64,000 nucleotides of DNA, from contig JAQFVV010000007.1 of the NCBI GenBank assembly GCA_028023455.1, positions 15,252,001-15,316,000 on the forward strand. The letters run 5' to 3'. The position numbers and the translations under genes are program-made. This DNA is from Epiperipatus broadwayi (Eukaryota > Animalia > Onychophora). The notes beneath the pieces were generated by a model, which saw only the letters and a program-made list of their open reading frames with translations, had not been told where the DNA came from and did not search any database. This document shows, piece by piece, positions 1 to 14,830 of the stretch (positions within the stretch are counted from its first letter, which is position 1; the number at the start of each line of letters is the position of its first letter).

Positions 1-300
1 AGGTAACTTTTTTTTTATCAATGTCTTATATAAATGATCTGAATATGAAACTGAAATCCACTTATATTATACCATGCCTTACACTATCTTTTGAAGTAGT
101 AGTAGTAGTAATAGTAGTAGTAGTAGTAGTAGTAGTATCATCATTATTATTGTTGTTGTTGTTGATTTTTTTTTTCTGAAAATCTTTTTAATATTTTTTC
201 TTTTATATCCCATATTAACATAATCATTCTCAACTTTCAATTTCTATTTAAATGCTTATTTTGTATTCAATTGAACATTATTACAATATATTATATAATA

Positions 301-454
301 AGCATGCCAATAACTCTTAACAAGCTTTTCAGAATATTCCTATCCTCAGACCAGTTTTTAGCTCCCGCTTTCATCAATGAGACCATTATATAACATTTGT
401 AATACAACCTTACTAAATTAAGTCACATGATATATGACTTGATTTTCTTGCAAT
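301..454 (-). mobile_element. Family E HHR-repeat remnant; degenerate hammerhead at 343-382
   Basis: Minus strand reads tctca-TTGATGA-aAGCgggaGCTa-AAAA-ctggtc-tgagga: stem I ctca/tgag and stem II kept, C3 and G12 mutated. Flanks resemble 15750-16200, 32800-33060 and 54120-54890. Confidence 0.6.
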
Positions 455-1471
<1,017 letters not shown>

Positions 1472-4400
1472 TCATTTAAACTCTGTTAATATGTAAGCAC
1501 ATATTGTTTTCAGGTAAGGTCAAAATAATAATAAAATGCCAGAGAATACCATTGGACAGATAATCACATATTTTATTGATTTTACAAACACATAATTTAA
1601 TTGATAGTTATTGATGTATTTATTTTAGAAAAATGTATTTACTATATCTAATCATATTTATGGGAAATGTTTAAATGATATCAGGAGTTGCTCTTGTTTG
1701 CATCTATGGTGATATTATGCATTAACTAAGGTTTTGGGTAGTATCACACACTGTTAACCTATTATTCAACTTTACCAAATATATAATAATGAAACCTGGA
1801 TTAACTGAATACAAATATGGATACAGGATAATTGAAAGAAACACCAACAATCATAGAAGTAATAATTAGATCATACTTCCGATGAAAATGAAATATTCTT
1901 GAAGATACTGAGTATAAAAGTTGAAAAAAAAGAAGATGGCACTGTGGTTAAATATGAAAACAGACAAAATGATGACCATATAGCTCTCAGCTGACCATAA
2001 ATAAATAGTGAAAATGTTGAAAGTTTTGTTTTCTTAGGTTTTTATCAATGACAATAATCGGACAACCAAGAGACTTATTACAAATTGACATATAAAACAA
2101 ATTACACTAAAAACACGAAGAGATTTACATACAGAATGCATTAAAAACAAAGTATGTGTGTTCAATATATATGATTTTTCAAAACATTCTATGTATATGA
2201 AATTCAGATATTGAAGAAGAAAAAAAAAGTATCGATGATTTCAAAATGCTGGACAATAAAAAAATAAAAAGAGAATGTGGACTCTAGATCAGATTTTATC
2301 TAAACTTTTTGTATACGAACAGGCCTACAGTTCTCAGGCGGTTAGCTATCCAAATACTAACTGATCCTTACCTAATTTTGTTAATTAGAAGAAAATCGTT
2401 GTGTTCAATGTAGTATATCCACATACATATATATATAAAGGTGTGTGTGTATAAAATCACAAATATACGCGCATAAATACATGCACACAAAACTTATCTT
2501 TTGCGTAGTGTATATAAAGTTATATATATACGCACATACTATATTCGTTTGAATGTAAATCCATATCAGATGAACGTTTGAAATGTGCGCACATTCAACA
2601 GGTGCATATGCGTGCATGTATATTTCTTTAAAGATTCAACTATGCATATTATTTACACGTGTGATTGACCAAGTTAATATTTTTGCATTAATAGTGATCA
2701 TTTATTGGTTACATAATGAAGTTTATAAATAAAAAGGAGTGATTTTTTTTTCTTCCTTTTCCTCTAATTTGTTTTCTGCACATAAATTAGCTCTGGAGTC
2801 AACAGTTTGTTGTGAATGTAAATGAAATTTAATTTGCATATTAAGTGAAAATTACGTGGTAAATTACTATACCAAACATAAATGATAGGCCATTAAGAGT
2901 CACAAGTTGTAATCCTGGCAGGAAATGTCAGGAAGAAACAGGACTAATTGATTTATCTCCGTGTACTGTATCAGAATGCAAATTCATTAATAAAATTAAT
3001 TCACTATAATAATTTATACTTTTAATATTTCATCTTTTTTTTTATTAGTGCTTCAGAAAATTATATTATTTGCAATTTTCAATTATTCTGATTTTAATTT
3101 AATTATTTTGCAATTAATTACTTTTAACTTGTATTTTATATCATATATATATTCAACACACATAGATCTTGCACGCTAAATAAAGAAAAACATCTTATTC
3201 TGTAATAAATCGGAAATTCTTTCTCCCCTCCCCTGTCTCCCTCCTTTTTCATATTAATGGATTGTCATAAGATACTTCATCCCTGTCAAATATAAAAGAC
3301 AAATCATCCAGACACTGATATATATATATGTTTTGTTTTTATTGCTAAAAATCAGTTTGCACATTATTTAATTAAAAAAAAAAAAATTAGACATTATAAA
3401 TAAAAAATATTTAAGTGATAAAAATGTCGCATGATTTTTAGTGTTTTTTCACATGTAGATAAAAAATACATATATATATATTAAAAGATGCTGAAGATTA
3501 TATTTATATAAATCATTTGAAATGTCGGCAAATCAAATGTTCAAACTAAAACAAGCATTTAGATAAGTTTTTGAAATAAAAGTTGTTTTAAAATTAAACT
3601 TTTCTACACCTCTACTTTTTTGAAAATAAAAATCTAATTAAAAAAATTATGAAATGAATATTAATGTAGATATATTTTTTGGAAGTTGTGAGTTTTCCAG
3701 TAAACTAAGATGTCAATCCATATTTTTGATAAATATACAGTTTTGGGGGCCCCAAAAAAATGTTAACAAAAAAATGTCTGCTAGGAAATATCGTTTAATA
3801 TTTATGTTTTATTTTTTATTAGTGTTATTTTTTTTTTAAAAATCATTGTGAAAAATTAATTATAGTATTTACAGTTAATTTTTTCTTCTTTTTTTTAATT
3901 AACTAATTAATAAAAAAAAATATAAAAAAATATATAAATACAATATTTACACTTGATTCATGTCGGCAACATGCAATTATATCATGTTCATTAACACATA
4001 CTTTTCAGGAGTTCAAAATCCCATATCTTTAAAAATAATCAATTGCATCATGTTCTGTGACAGGAAGCCCCAAATTTTTATCATTATGGTAATTTTAAAA
4101 AAAAACACTGACAAAAAGAAACACCTGAATTAAACTACAGTATGACAATATTAAAAGAGATTTGTCATTGCCCAAATTATAATATAAATAAAAAAAAAAA
4201 AAGTGAAATAAAGCTTCTTAATAAAATTTATTGGAATTTATTCCTTTTTTTAATTTAACAATTGGTTTATTAATTTTGTTTTAATTTAACAACTAACACT
4301 TATTCAGTAGAGACTAAGCCCTCGAAACTGTATATTTTTCAAAAGTATGGGCAGCCATATTAGTTACTAGAAAACTCACAAGTACCATACTTTTTATAAA

Positions 4401-5584
4401 TTATAATTACCAAAAATCATTTTTACATTAACAAACATAAACAGTGGTATTTCTTTCAATGTCTTGTTTGCTCTCCATTTATTAAAATTGTATTTTTTTT
4501 TTAACTTTAACATTAAAAAATAGTTTTATAATATTGTAAACATCAAGAGATTTAACACTTTTGCTTTTTATGGATAATATACTTAAATCAGATCCTTTAG
4601 TATGATTCATAATTTTTAAATATTTTTTTATCATTTTAAAATACTATTCATGGTGTATGATTGTTTTATCTTTAGGAAGTTTATCAGAATGGTTTTTAAA
4701 TGCTTTTATATATCTTAGGAATTCTGTTTGTTTGCAGTTTGCCTTGGTCAAATCTTATAACTGATTTTTAATATCCTTCTATCAAATAGATTTCTTTCAA
4801 ATTTTGTAAATTTCTTAAGTATTCATGTTAATGCAATGTGATGCAAAAATATTTTATGTTAGTCCAGTCTAATAGTTTTAATGGGTTAAATTTAAAAATG
4901 CATGGTATGGATTGAATTTCAAAATGTGTAATATTGGTTCAGTAAGTTTTCAGGAATGTCCACTAGATAGCAGTATGTTTTTTAAAAATATGATATATAA
5001 TATTCATGGAAATGCATTTAAAGTTAATTAAAACAAAGAAAAACAAATGAAAGATGAAATTTTATTTTCTGTTGATTGTTTAACTGAATTCATAAACAAA
5101 AAATCTTTCAAATGATTTTTAATATGTGTAAATTTCATTTCAAAAACTATAAATTTGGTGATATTGTTTGCATTCTTAATTTTTAAATTTGAATATGATA
5201 ATTATAAAAAATCTTTTGCAAAATATTTGAGTACTAAAAAGTAAAAAAAAAAAAGTATAAATAAAAAATATTTAGAAAAACACTTTAATTTTATTGGATG
5301 AATAATGCACTACCCCTCCCCCCAAAAAAAAAACTTTTGCTTGACCATTAAATAGTGATTGATTTAATTAATTCATGAATTTCTCCTCCCCCATCTTTAT
5401 TTTGAGTTAAATATACTTTAATCTAAATTGTGGTCTAAAAATAATATTCTTTGTTATTTTAGTGCAAAACATTTTTTATAAAATATTATATACATTATTA
5501 ATATTTATTGGTTTATTTTTTCAAAAACAGAATCAATTTCCTATTTTGTGTTTTCCTTAAGGTTTGTGATGCTAGTGATCTAGT

Positions 5585-5830
5585 TGTAGTTTTATATTGG
5601 ACTACTTCCATCATCGAATATGTGTATTGAATTTAGAAAAATGTAACTTTATTTAAATATTCCAAATACATTCATCTGTTAGTAATAGCACATCAAACAG
5701 GTTAGTATATGCACAATGTTTTGAGAGTTATTATTCTCCCCTCTTCTTCAGGTGTTGCAATGCCTACCAGTAACACCACTAGCATGGGATTTGAACCTGG
5801 ACCTTGTATGGAAACCACTAATCAACTTTG
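5585..5830 (-). mobile_element. Family B tRNA-headed HHR SINE-like copy (inverted partner)
   Basis: B-box GGTTCAAATCC (rc of 5787-5797) followed by cac-CTGAAGA-a-GAGGG..CTCTC-AAAA-catt-gtg (rc of 5712-5754); ~200 bp inverted identity with 5970-6190. Confidence 0.65.
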
Positions 5831-5905
5831 CTCTTAGGAAAAAGTGGAGAAATCAGGAGGAACCTCATAGATAAATATATGAAATTTCTACTGACTGTTG
5901 CCTTT

Positions 5906-6190
5906 GGCAGGATGGCTCAGTTGGTTGGAGCGTTACCTTAAAATTCAATATTCAAGAATCTAAGAGTTCAAATTCAAATCTCATGCTAGTACTGTCACTG
6001 GTCAGTCCAGCAACACCTGAAGAAGAGGGGAAAATAATACCTCTTGAAATGTTGTGCATATACTAACCTGTTTGATGTGCTACTGCTAATAGTTGAATGT
6101 ATTCAGAATATTTAAATAAAGTTAATTTTTTCTAAAAACATTCAATACGCATATTAGATGATGGAAATAATCCAATATAAAAATACAAAT
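5906..6190 (+). mobile_element. Family B tRNA-headed HHR SINE-like copy; hammerhead at 6014-6056
   Basis: A-box TGGCTCAGTTGG (5913-5924), B-box-like GAGTTCAAATT (5964-5974), then cac-CTGAAGA-a-GAGGG..CTCTT-GAAA-TGTT-gtg. Confidence 0.7.
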
Positions 6191-9100
6191 TTCCTATTTT
6201 CTTGCTAACTCAAAGGCTTGTTGAGAATTTGAGTAAATTTTTTTCTTAAGTTTATCCAATTTTTTATGTATTTTATAAGTCTGAATGAAGCTATTTAAAG
6301 ATCAATAATTTTGACACAATAATTTATTGAATTTAATAATTCATTTTTTAATATGATTAAAAACTGTCTAAATCTTTCTAAATAATTATTAATTATTATC
6401 AATGCTAATTTTAATTTAATTTTTTATAATGACTGTTATATTTATAATTTTATAACACAAAAGGTAATTCTAAAATATACTCAAACATTACAGAATATAC
6501 ACTGAGTAATAACAAATCATAAATGATCAGTAATTATTTTTTAAATATATTTCACAGAATAACAGCCAAATATAAAATATTCATAATCTGTTGTGTCAAA
6601 GCAACTTCTATAGGCAAAAAAATTGATTGCAGTTTTTATCTATAGAGGTTGCCTTTTACAATAGATTGTGCATATTCTATGGATTTATTAATTTGTTGAC
6701 TGTTATGTTATAACTTATAAATATATATAAAAATATCAACTTGTTTTTAATAATTATTTAATATGCTCTTCCTAGTGAATGATTATATATAAACATACAA
6801 CATAGAGTGATGAATAAAATCAGAAAAAGATTATTTATATTCTTATATTCAATTAAAGTACTGTCTAAATATGAATACCTGCATTTAAACAGAACTTATC
6901 TCCAAACAATAAATTGAAATGATTAATAATACTAATTAAACCTCAATGACTACAAGCAGTATGTCATACCTCATGTACCTTTATAAGTGCATCTGTATTC
7001 TTCAAAAAAGTTAACTAGTATGAATTCTACTTACATAGGGTAAGTATTTATACCTCTTGTTTTGTGTTGGTGTTATTTCATACCAGTTGCTGTCTAAACA
7101 TAAGCAGTTTTTTTTCTAGTTTTGGTGATTTTAATGTTAAAATTTTTCTACTTTTTTATAAAAATATTTTATTTTTTATAAGTAATTCTTATGATAAAAA
7201 ATCAACTTTGTTTCACTATAATAACTGATTCTGATTTTTTTAAAAGAACATGTCCAACTAATCCCAATTACAAGCAGTATAATTCATACTCTAAACATAA
7301 GCAATTTATTTCTCTATTATTTATGATTTTATGGTTATATTTTTTTATTTCTTTATATCAATATTATAACATTTCTTGTAAATAATTTCTATAATTTAAA
7401 AAAATCAAATTTGTATCCTTAATTATATTATAAAATAGACCTTTTCTCATTAGTGGTATCAGATACTGGTTGTAGTGTTTACATTATAAAACCACATTGT
7501 AGCTGTTGCAGGTTAAATAAAAAATTTCTGATTTAAGTACTGAATAGTAGGAGATATAATCATAAATTCATAAATAGTATCAACTTTATTACTTTATGTT
7601 TTTCTGATCATATGCACTCTTCATTTCACATATGCCCATGTTACTTGAAAAAATTTGATATATCAAATATATAAAGTAAAACAATATTTGAACAGTTGGT
7701 TTTAGAACAAAGATTTTTTTAATAGCTCTTATAAATGAATAATTAAAAAGACAAATATCAGATTACCTAATTGTTGAGTGGGAGGGGTTTTGGTTTTTTT
7801 TACTCTTGTTTTACCCCCCCCCCATTAAGAATAGTTAAATATCCAATTATTTCTCAATGCTATGCAGTTAATTAAATTGCATATGTCAGTTATTTGAAAA
7901 AACAATTCTAAGCCAAAATATTAGAATTTGATATTTTTTAAGTTTATGGATCTCAATTTGACCCAAAGTTATTAAGTATAGTAGGTGGATGATTTACTAT
8001 TGTGCCATGAGTATCTTTAACTAAAACATAATTCAATATATTTTATGTATTGTAATAGTAAGCATACATATAGGAATAACTAGCCTACATATTAGTAAAT
8101 TAAAATATTAATATTCAACAATGGTGTATATCTTTATTTTTTTATGTGAGTTGTCAATTTATGAAATAGCATGGAATGAGATTTTAGTTATGTCAGTGGC
8201 GAATTTTAAAATAAATCAATGGAATCATTTACAAATAAATACCACCATACTATTATTTAAACTATCATTAATGCTAGTGTACATGTTGGTAATTAATGTT
8301 TAAGTAACATTCTTAATGTATTTAAGTAATGCTTACCAAGAAGACAGAAATAAGGAACCGCCTTTCTATTCTGAAAGTTACTAGATTTTTTTTTATTGCA
8401 GGTGATACAGTTTATATAAAGCTAGTATTTGTTCAAGCATAAACCCAATACAAATACATATTACTATATTCCTGAATCTGCTTACAGTAGACATAAAATT
8501 ATGATGATCATTGTAATATTTCAATGATGCAGACAATGAAAAAATACTATGAATTCATAATATAATCTGAATTTAATTATAGATAAAAAAAATGTTGCTT
8601 AAATAATCATTTCAATAAATATATATTAGTTTAAATGTTACCATAAAAGGGAATTAGAAATATTAATTCAGCCAAACTGATAATGTTAATATTTTTTAAA
8701 AAATAGCTCTTATAAAAACATTAAAAAAGAGTAAATAAAATAAATAATTAGACCTATTTTTTCAGATTATACAAATGTGCCAGGGTCATGTATTTTCATC
8801 CAAAATAGGGATAGGTTGGTTTTAGACCTCCAAAGCAATAAATACATTTCCTAACCATTACTAAATATTGCTAAGGTATAGTATTGATATTTTTAAATAA
8901 TGATAATGTAGGTTAAGTTCCAGTGAGAGTAGTTTCTTTTCAAGCTGACTGTAGGGCCATCTCTCAATTAATTTGTGTATTAAATAGCAATATAGTTTAG
9001 CTGTTAATTTTAAAGCACAACTACATCTAGATCATTAATTATGGATAAAATGTGTAGGATATTTTGTATCTTTATAGACTGTTTTTCTCCCATCACAAAA

Positions 9101-9519
9101 TCTTCAATACATTTGAAATATTTTCACAATTCATAGATTCACTGCCATACATAGTAAGAACCATTTCAAACATTTCGATAGCAGTTTTACCCAATTTAAA
9201 ACAAAATTTAATGGTAGCACATTGACCTATTATATAATACACACTGTCATATTTTATATCTTATGATCCAAATCCATAAACATCTTATTTTTTATGGTAA
9301 ATAGCTCAAATATGTAGTCACATAGCATGTGCATTGATTCAGAATTGAAATCACATGTAGCTTTAAAAGAGAATAGCCATTTATTTACTGTGATAGACAT
9401 ATAAGAATTAAAATGAATCTAATTTAAGAAAATTTATAATTATATTTAAACATAAATGAAAATATGGCAATAATGTGTTCTTAACTTTAAAAAAAAAACA
9501 CAACAGTTTTCTATTTATT

Positions 9520-9750
9520 AAACCACCAAACATCACATGATCACAATTTCTTATGCTTGCTCACTGATGAAGGAACAAGCCAGAAACTAGTCTGAGGATA
9601 TTGGATGAGTAGGCACTAGATAGGGATTTTATGCACAAGCCTTCTGGCATCCATTGACAACTCTGGCTTGCACTAGGTGGCTCTACTGAATGAAGTTTGC
9701 TACTGTTTTAACAGCTTGTGTAAGCATAGGAAATTGTGATCATGTGATGA
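9520..9750 (+). mobile_element. Family A HHR element with inverted 5' segment; core-intact hammerhead at 9560-9596
   Basis: ctca-CTGATGA-aggaacaagcca-GAAA-CTAGTC-tgag; downstream matches the family A unit; 9520-9560 is the family 3' end inverted. Confidence 0.8.
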
Positions 9751-10463
9751 TGTGGAGTTTTTTTTTTACATCTAAGTGTATTTATTTAAAAGAGATTAGT
9801 ATTTTGCTTATTAATAAGATGTTCAGCAAAATATATACTCATTATCACTTTTTTTATTTATTTATTTTTTTTTTATTGAAATTTTAACATTTATTATATA
9901 TTTGGATTCTAAAGTAGTGAGTGTAATATTTTACTATTAAAAAGCATTGTTTTTGCTTGCTTTTATATAAAATTCTTGATTTACAAAGAACTCTGAATAA
10001 CAAATTGACCTTATTGTGTAGGTAAAGCTGTATATGCAATTACTTTTTATATCATGCATTTGTATTCCAAGTTAACAATTTTTTAAGTTAGGCTGGTTAA
10101 CATGTTGTATTCACACATAGCAACTCTCCTTTTTATATAAATCATATATGTAATAAAAATTTAAAAAGTGATGTATAAAATAAAACTGGTGTTTTAAAAG
10201 AAATATTTGGCTTAACACAAATAACTGCTATATTTAATAAATAAAATATAAATAAAACAAAGAAAAATTTTTTTCACACAAATGCATTAAAAAGTATAAA
10301 ATAAATTTTTTTTAGCTTTTATTAATAAAAGCTTGGGCTTCTCATATTTAGAAATAGTTCTGTTTCCTATTAATTTTTACAAACTGCTTATCAAACAAGA
10401 ATTTGATATTCTTAATGTAACATTCCTCACTGCTTTGCTACTTACTATGTTTACGAAAAATAT

Positions 10464-11020
10464 TAAACCATTAAATGTCACATGATCACCATTCTTTATA
10501 CTCACAAACGATGTTTACACCGAGACAAAACTCCATATAGTAGTGCTATTTAGTGCAAGCCAAAGTAATCAATGTATACAGAAAAGTTAGTGCATTAAAT
10601 CCCTATCTAGTGCCTATTCATCCAATATCCCTAAACTAATTGCTATCTTGTGGCTTTCATCAGTGAGGAGCCTTGGGTCTGAGGGTACTGCACTTAGATC
10701 TTAGGATCTAATGCAACCATATGACTATACTAACTAATGAGTTTCAATTAAAAACATTGTGTTTTCATTTTGGATTCAAAGGTTTATTGTTAGTTAATAA
10801 GATAAATGGTGACTGCTAGAGGGTTTCATTAGATTGTAAGATCTAAGTGCAGTGCTCTCAGATCCAAGGCTCCTCACTGATGAAATCAACTATCTAGAAA
10901 CTATTCTGGGGATATTGGATAAGTAGGTCTTAGATGGGGATTTTATGCACAAACCTTCCTGCATCCATTGATTACTGTGGCTTGCACTGAATGGTGCTAC
11001 TGTATGGAGAGTTTTGCCTC
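10464..11020. mobile_element. Family A head-to-head inverted pair, two degenerate HHRs (10628-10668 -, 10871-10912 +), 12-bp TSD
   Basis: TSD TACGAAAAATAT (10452-10463) / TATGAAAAATAT (11021-11032); both arms match family A. Confidence 0.8.
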
Positions 11021-11194
11021 TATGAAAAATATATAATTTCTATTTATATAAAGCACATTCTATGGTTTTATATGTGAAAGCAAAAATTTTATTTTTTTAC
11101 TTTTTAGTGCACTTATATAAATACAAGTATTTTCTCAGTTATATATATATTAAAAAGAGACAATGGATAATGCTGGCTGAAATCCAAGTTCAGT

Positions 11195-11675
11195 ATAAAA
11201 TATTTTCAGTGCCTTGCAGCTATATTTTAGCCACACTCCTTTAAATAATGAAAAGCTTAAATTCCTTTTGATTGGGCTGCAAAATTCAAGCTTTTATTTA
11301 TTTAATGGGAGAATGTGACTGCAAGGCATTTAAAATATTGTATGTGGGAAAAAAAGGTCTGTTATAATTTTTATAAATATATTTTCACCATTATATTCAT
11401 TATTATTTTTAAATGCTTTTATTGAATTTGAAAAATATGTTTGTTTTTTTATTTATTAACTCACTCTAAACTGGTATAAAGAATTTTTGGTGCTTATTTA
11501 GAGTGCTTTCACTGCCATCTTGAATTCTAAGGATCAGCCAAAACCACTACTGAGACATCCAAGTGATAAATGACATCAAATAATTCAGACAGAGTCACTT
11601 GGATGTATTAGTGGCGGTTTTTGGGTTGTTCTTAGAATTCAAAATGGTGATGAATGCTGTCTAAATAATAAAAGC
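11195..11675. repeat. Two adjacent short foldback (MITE-like) inverted repeats (~11195-11340 and ~11490-11675)
   Basis: Arms such as gccttgcag/ctgcaaggc and gaattctaag/cttagaattc, catccaagtga/tcacttggatg. Confidence 0.55.
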
Positions 11676-12399
11676 TTAGAACTTCTTAAAGTACAAATGT
11701 TATTGCAGTAATGATAGTGCAAAGTGTTGAAATATGCAAGGAGAAGGAAGGATGATTTCAAAAGTATCATCCAAAATATGCAGAAGTCATATCAAACCAT
11801 TTACATTATTTCAACATGTGTTTATAGGCCTATAGTGTAATAAAATTTGTAATTTAGAAGCTTTTAATATTTCAAAATTATAAGTTTGGGTTTTCATGTC
11901 TAGAGTTGTTTTGATATGTTTGATAAGACAATGAGCAGACATGTTTGTGCTACATTTATTTTCATGCATTCTTATGTGTGACTCTTTTAATGGCACATTT
12001 TACCTTTTTATTCGCATGTTTGATATGTAATGTGTTTTTATCAAAAAAGGGTTTTTTTTTTTTTTTAAATTATACTTCTTAATTAGGTACCTATTGGAAT
12101 CCTAGATATTTTGAAGTAACAAATAAGTAGCAATGGTAAGGGAGTCTATTTTTGCTGTCATCTACCCCCAATTTTTTTTATTGAAACTATCAACTGCTTG
12201 AAAGTTCAAATTGCCCACAGGTGTCAATGTTGACCATTTTGGGAACCCTTGCAGTAAAAGAAGTGCAGATTCAGGGTACAAAAAGCTGGTCTGAGAACTG
12301 AAAAAAACTAATCTGGGGGGATGACTCTTTTTAAACAGTAAAATTTTTTGAAAGTACTTGGAAAGCATAGTTTTGAAATCATATGTCATTACCATTTTA

Positions 12400-12840
12400 A
12401 ATTATTGCATTCAGTTTCACCAATTCTGCATATCACACTAACAAACTTTATTCCATTCATCCATCTCCCATATGGTCTCTTTCTAGATCTTTTAAATCTC
12501 TTGAAGTCTAAAATAAGACTTCATGTGTCATCTCCTTAAACAATATGTATAGCCCATTTCCGTCTTAGTCCCTTAATTTTTTCATTGGTAATAATGATGT
12601 CACTTAAATATTTTGCCTTCGATACCTTCTTGTATTGCTCTTTACATATGCATCCAAATCTTAGATCCATAAGTCATCATGAACCATTATCAACCAACTG
12701 CAGGATGAAGGTCTCTCCAAAGTTCAATTCATCTTCTGCAATCTTTACCTTCTCTTCTCCACATCATTCCTGCACACTTTCTTATTTCATCCATCCATCT
12801 CACATGTGATCTATTTCTGGGTCTTTTACAATCTCTTGGA
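12400..12840 (-). mobile_element. Two RTE-clade LINE 3'-end remnants
   Basis: Minus-strand translation with stops: IKGLRRKWAIHIV..RKRPYGRWM, and terminal gagaccttcatcctgcagt typical of RTE C-termini; same as 30180-30385. Confidence 0.7.
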
Positions 12841-13841
12841 ATCCACTTTAGGAACCGGTAAAACATATGTACAAAAAACATTTATCAAACACATAGTCTT
12901 TTTTTTTTAATATTAAATTATTTTTGCTAAATGCACCCTATGAAATGCTAATCCTAGGATTATTTTCATTCATCATGTTTTTATCGGTAGTAATAATCTG
13001 ACCAAGATATTCGTAGTTACTTTTTTGAAATATATATATATAATGAAGTTATTAGACGGGGTGATTATTAGACATGAAAAAATAAAGACAAAACTATTAT
13101 TATATAATAGTTAAATACTTTCTCAAAGTATTTCATTAAGTTCCAAAAAATTGTAAAATTATATTACTTTAAATTAAATGTAGCTCAATATGTATATATT
13201 ACTATAAAAAGATAATATAGAAAGATTTAAAAACTTCAATATCAATGTTACAAAATAATGATCGACATCTGCTACTCGCACATAGTTCTTAATGTACATA
13301 TTTTCATTAGCAAATAAAAGCCTTTAGTATCAAAGAAAAAATCAGCTTAATAAAACTGATATTATCAACACAACATGATTTTTGAACAAATGATTTTTTT
13401 ATTATCATAAAAACTTTTAGCACTTTGGTGTTAGTTTTAAATAGATTTTATCAGACCTCCCACTTTTATGATAGGCTATAAAGTCGTGAATAATTAGAAA
13501 CATAGTTTAAATATAGTAAACTAAGTCCGATCCCATCATCGTTCTTAACAATACGCAAATCATTTTGTAAATAAATAGCTCGAGCCTAACTTTTAGTCAA
13601 CGCAAATGGAAGGAGATCGTTAACAAATTGTTGTATATTGCTAATAAACATACGATGTGTCGCTGATCGAAGAGTCGTCACGCTTGACCATGGGGATCAT
13701 TAATTGTGAGTGTGAATAACATTCATGTGTTATATTCGTAATGACTAAGAGAGAAAATTTTTAACCAATCATTGTTTTTTTATTAAGTCCAACCGTAGCG
13801 CATTCCTACAATCTTGTTTCATTTTTATACAGATAAACTTA

Positions 13842-14830
13842 GACAATGTGAAGTGAATTTGCATACACATTTCCACCTTTCTTTAATTATAGTTGATATA
13901 TTCGTTTTTCTTACTTTTTATTCTTAGTTTTTATTTATTTGTTTATCTTCTGCGTTTAAAAAGCCACACAATACATACTTTCGAGTAGTTTAACAATAAC
14001 AGTTCAATTTTTATTATTATTAAAAAAAGTTAAATCTTGTTTCTTTCCGGACAAATGAATTTATTTTTGAAAACGGATAAAATGTTCTGTTTGTTTGTTT
14101 GTTAGATATTTTGACAACTATCGGAGAATTTGTGAGTAAGCAAACCACCAAGTTTCATTTACTTCTAAATAATTAGAAAGAATTTGAACTCAGACTTTCA
14201 AGCTCTCTACAGCTATCCACCCATTCTATACAACCGATGTACATTACTGATACAGGTGAAAAATATAAATGATCTCTAAGACAATGTGAAGTGAATTTGC
14301 ATACACATTTCCACCTTTCTTTAACTATAGTTGATATATTCGTTTTCTTACTTTTTATTCTTAGTTTTTATTTATTTGTTTATCTTCAGCGTTTAAAAAG
14401 CCACACAATACATACTTTCGAGTAGTTTAACAATAACAGTTCAATTTTTATTATTATTAAAAAAAAGTTAAATCTTTTTTTTTCCGGACAAATGAATTTA
14501 TTTTTGAAAATGGATAAAATGTTCTGTTTATTTGTTTATTAGATATTTTGACAACTATCGGAGAATTTGTGAGTAAGCAAACCACCAATGTTTCTTTCCG
14601 GACAAATGAATTTATTTTTGAAAACGGATAAAATGTTCTGTTTGTTTGTTTATTAGATATTTTGACAACTATCGGAGAATTTGTGAGTAAGCAAACCACC
14701 AAGTTTCATTTACTTCTAAATAATTAGAAAGAATTTGAACTCAGACTTTCAAGCTCTCTACAGCTATTCACCCATTCTATACAACCGATGTACATTACTG
14801 ATACAGGTGAAAGATATAATTGATCTCTAA
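13842..14830. repeat. Recent direct tandem duplication (13842-14279, 14280-14830), second unit with internal ~112-bp duplication
   Basis: Near-identical units both begin gacaatgtgaagtgaatttgcatac and end gatctctaa; each includes the 3' part of a family F element. Confidence 0.95.
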
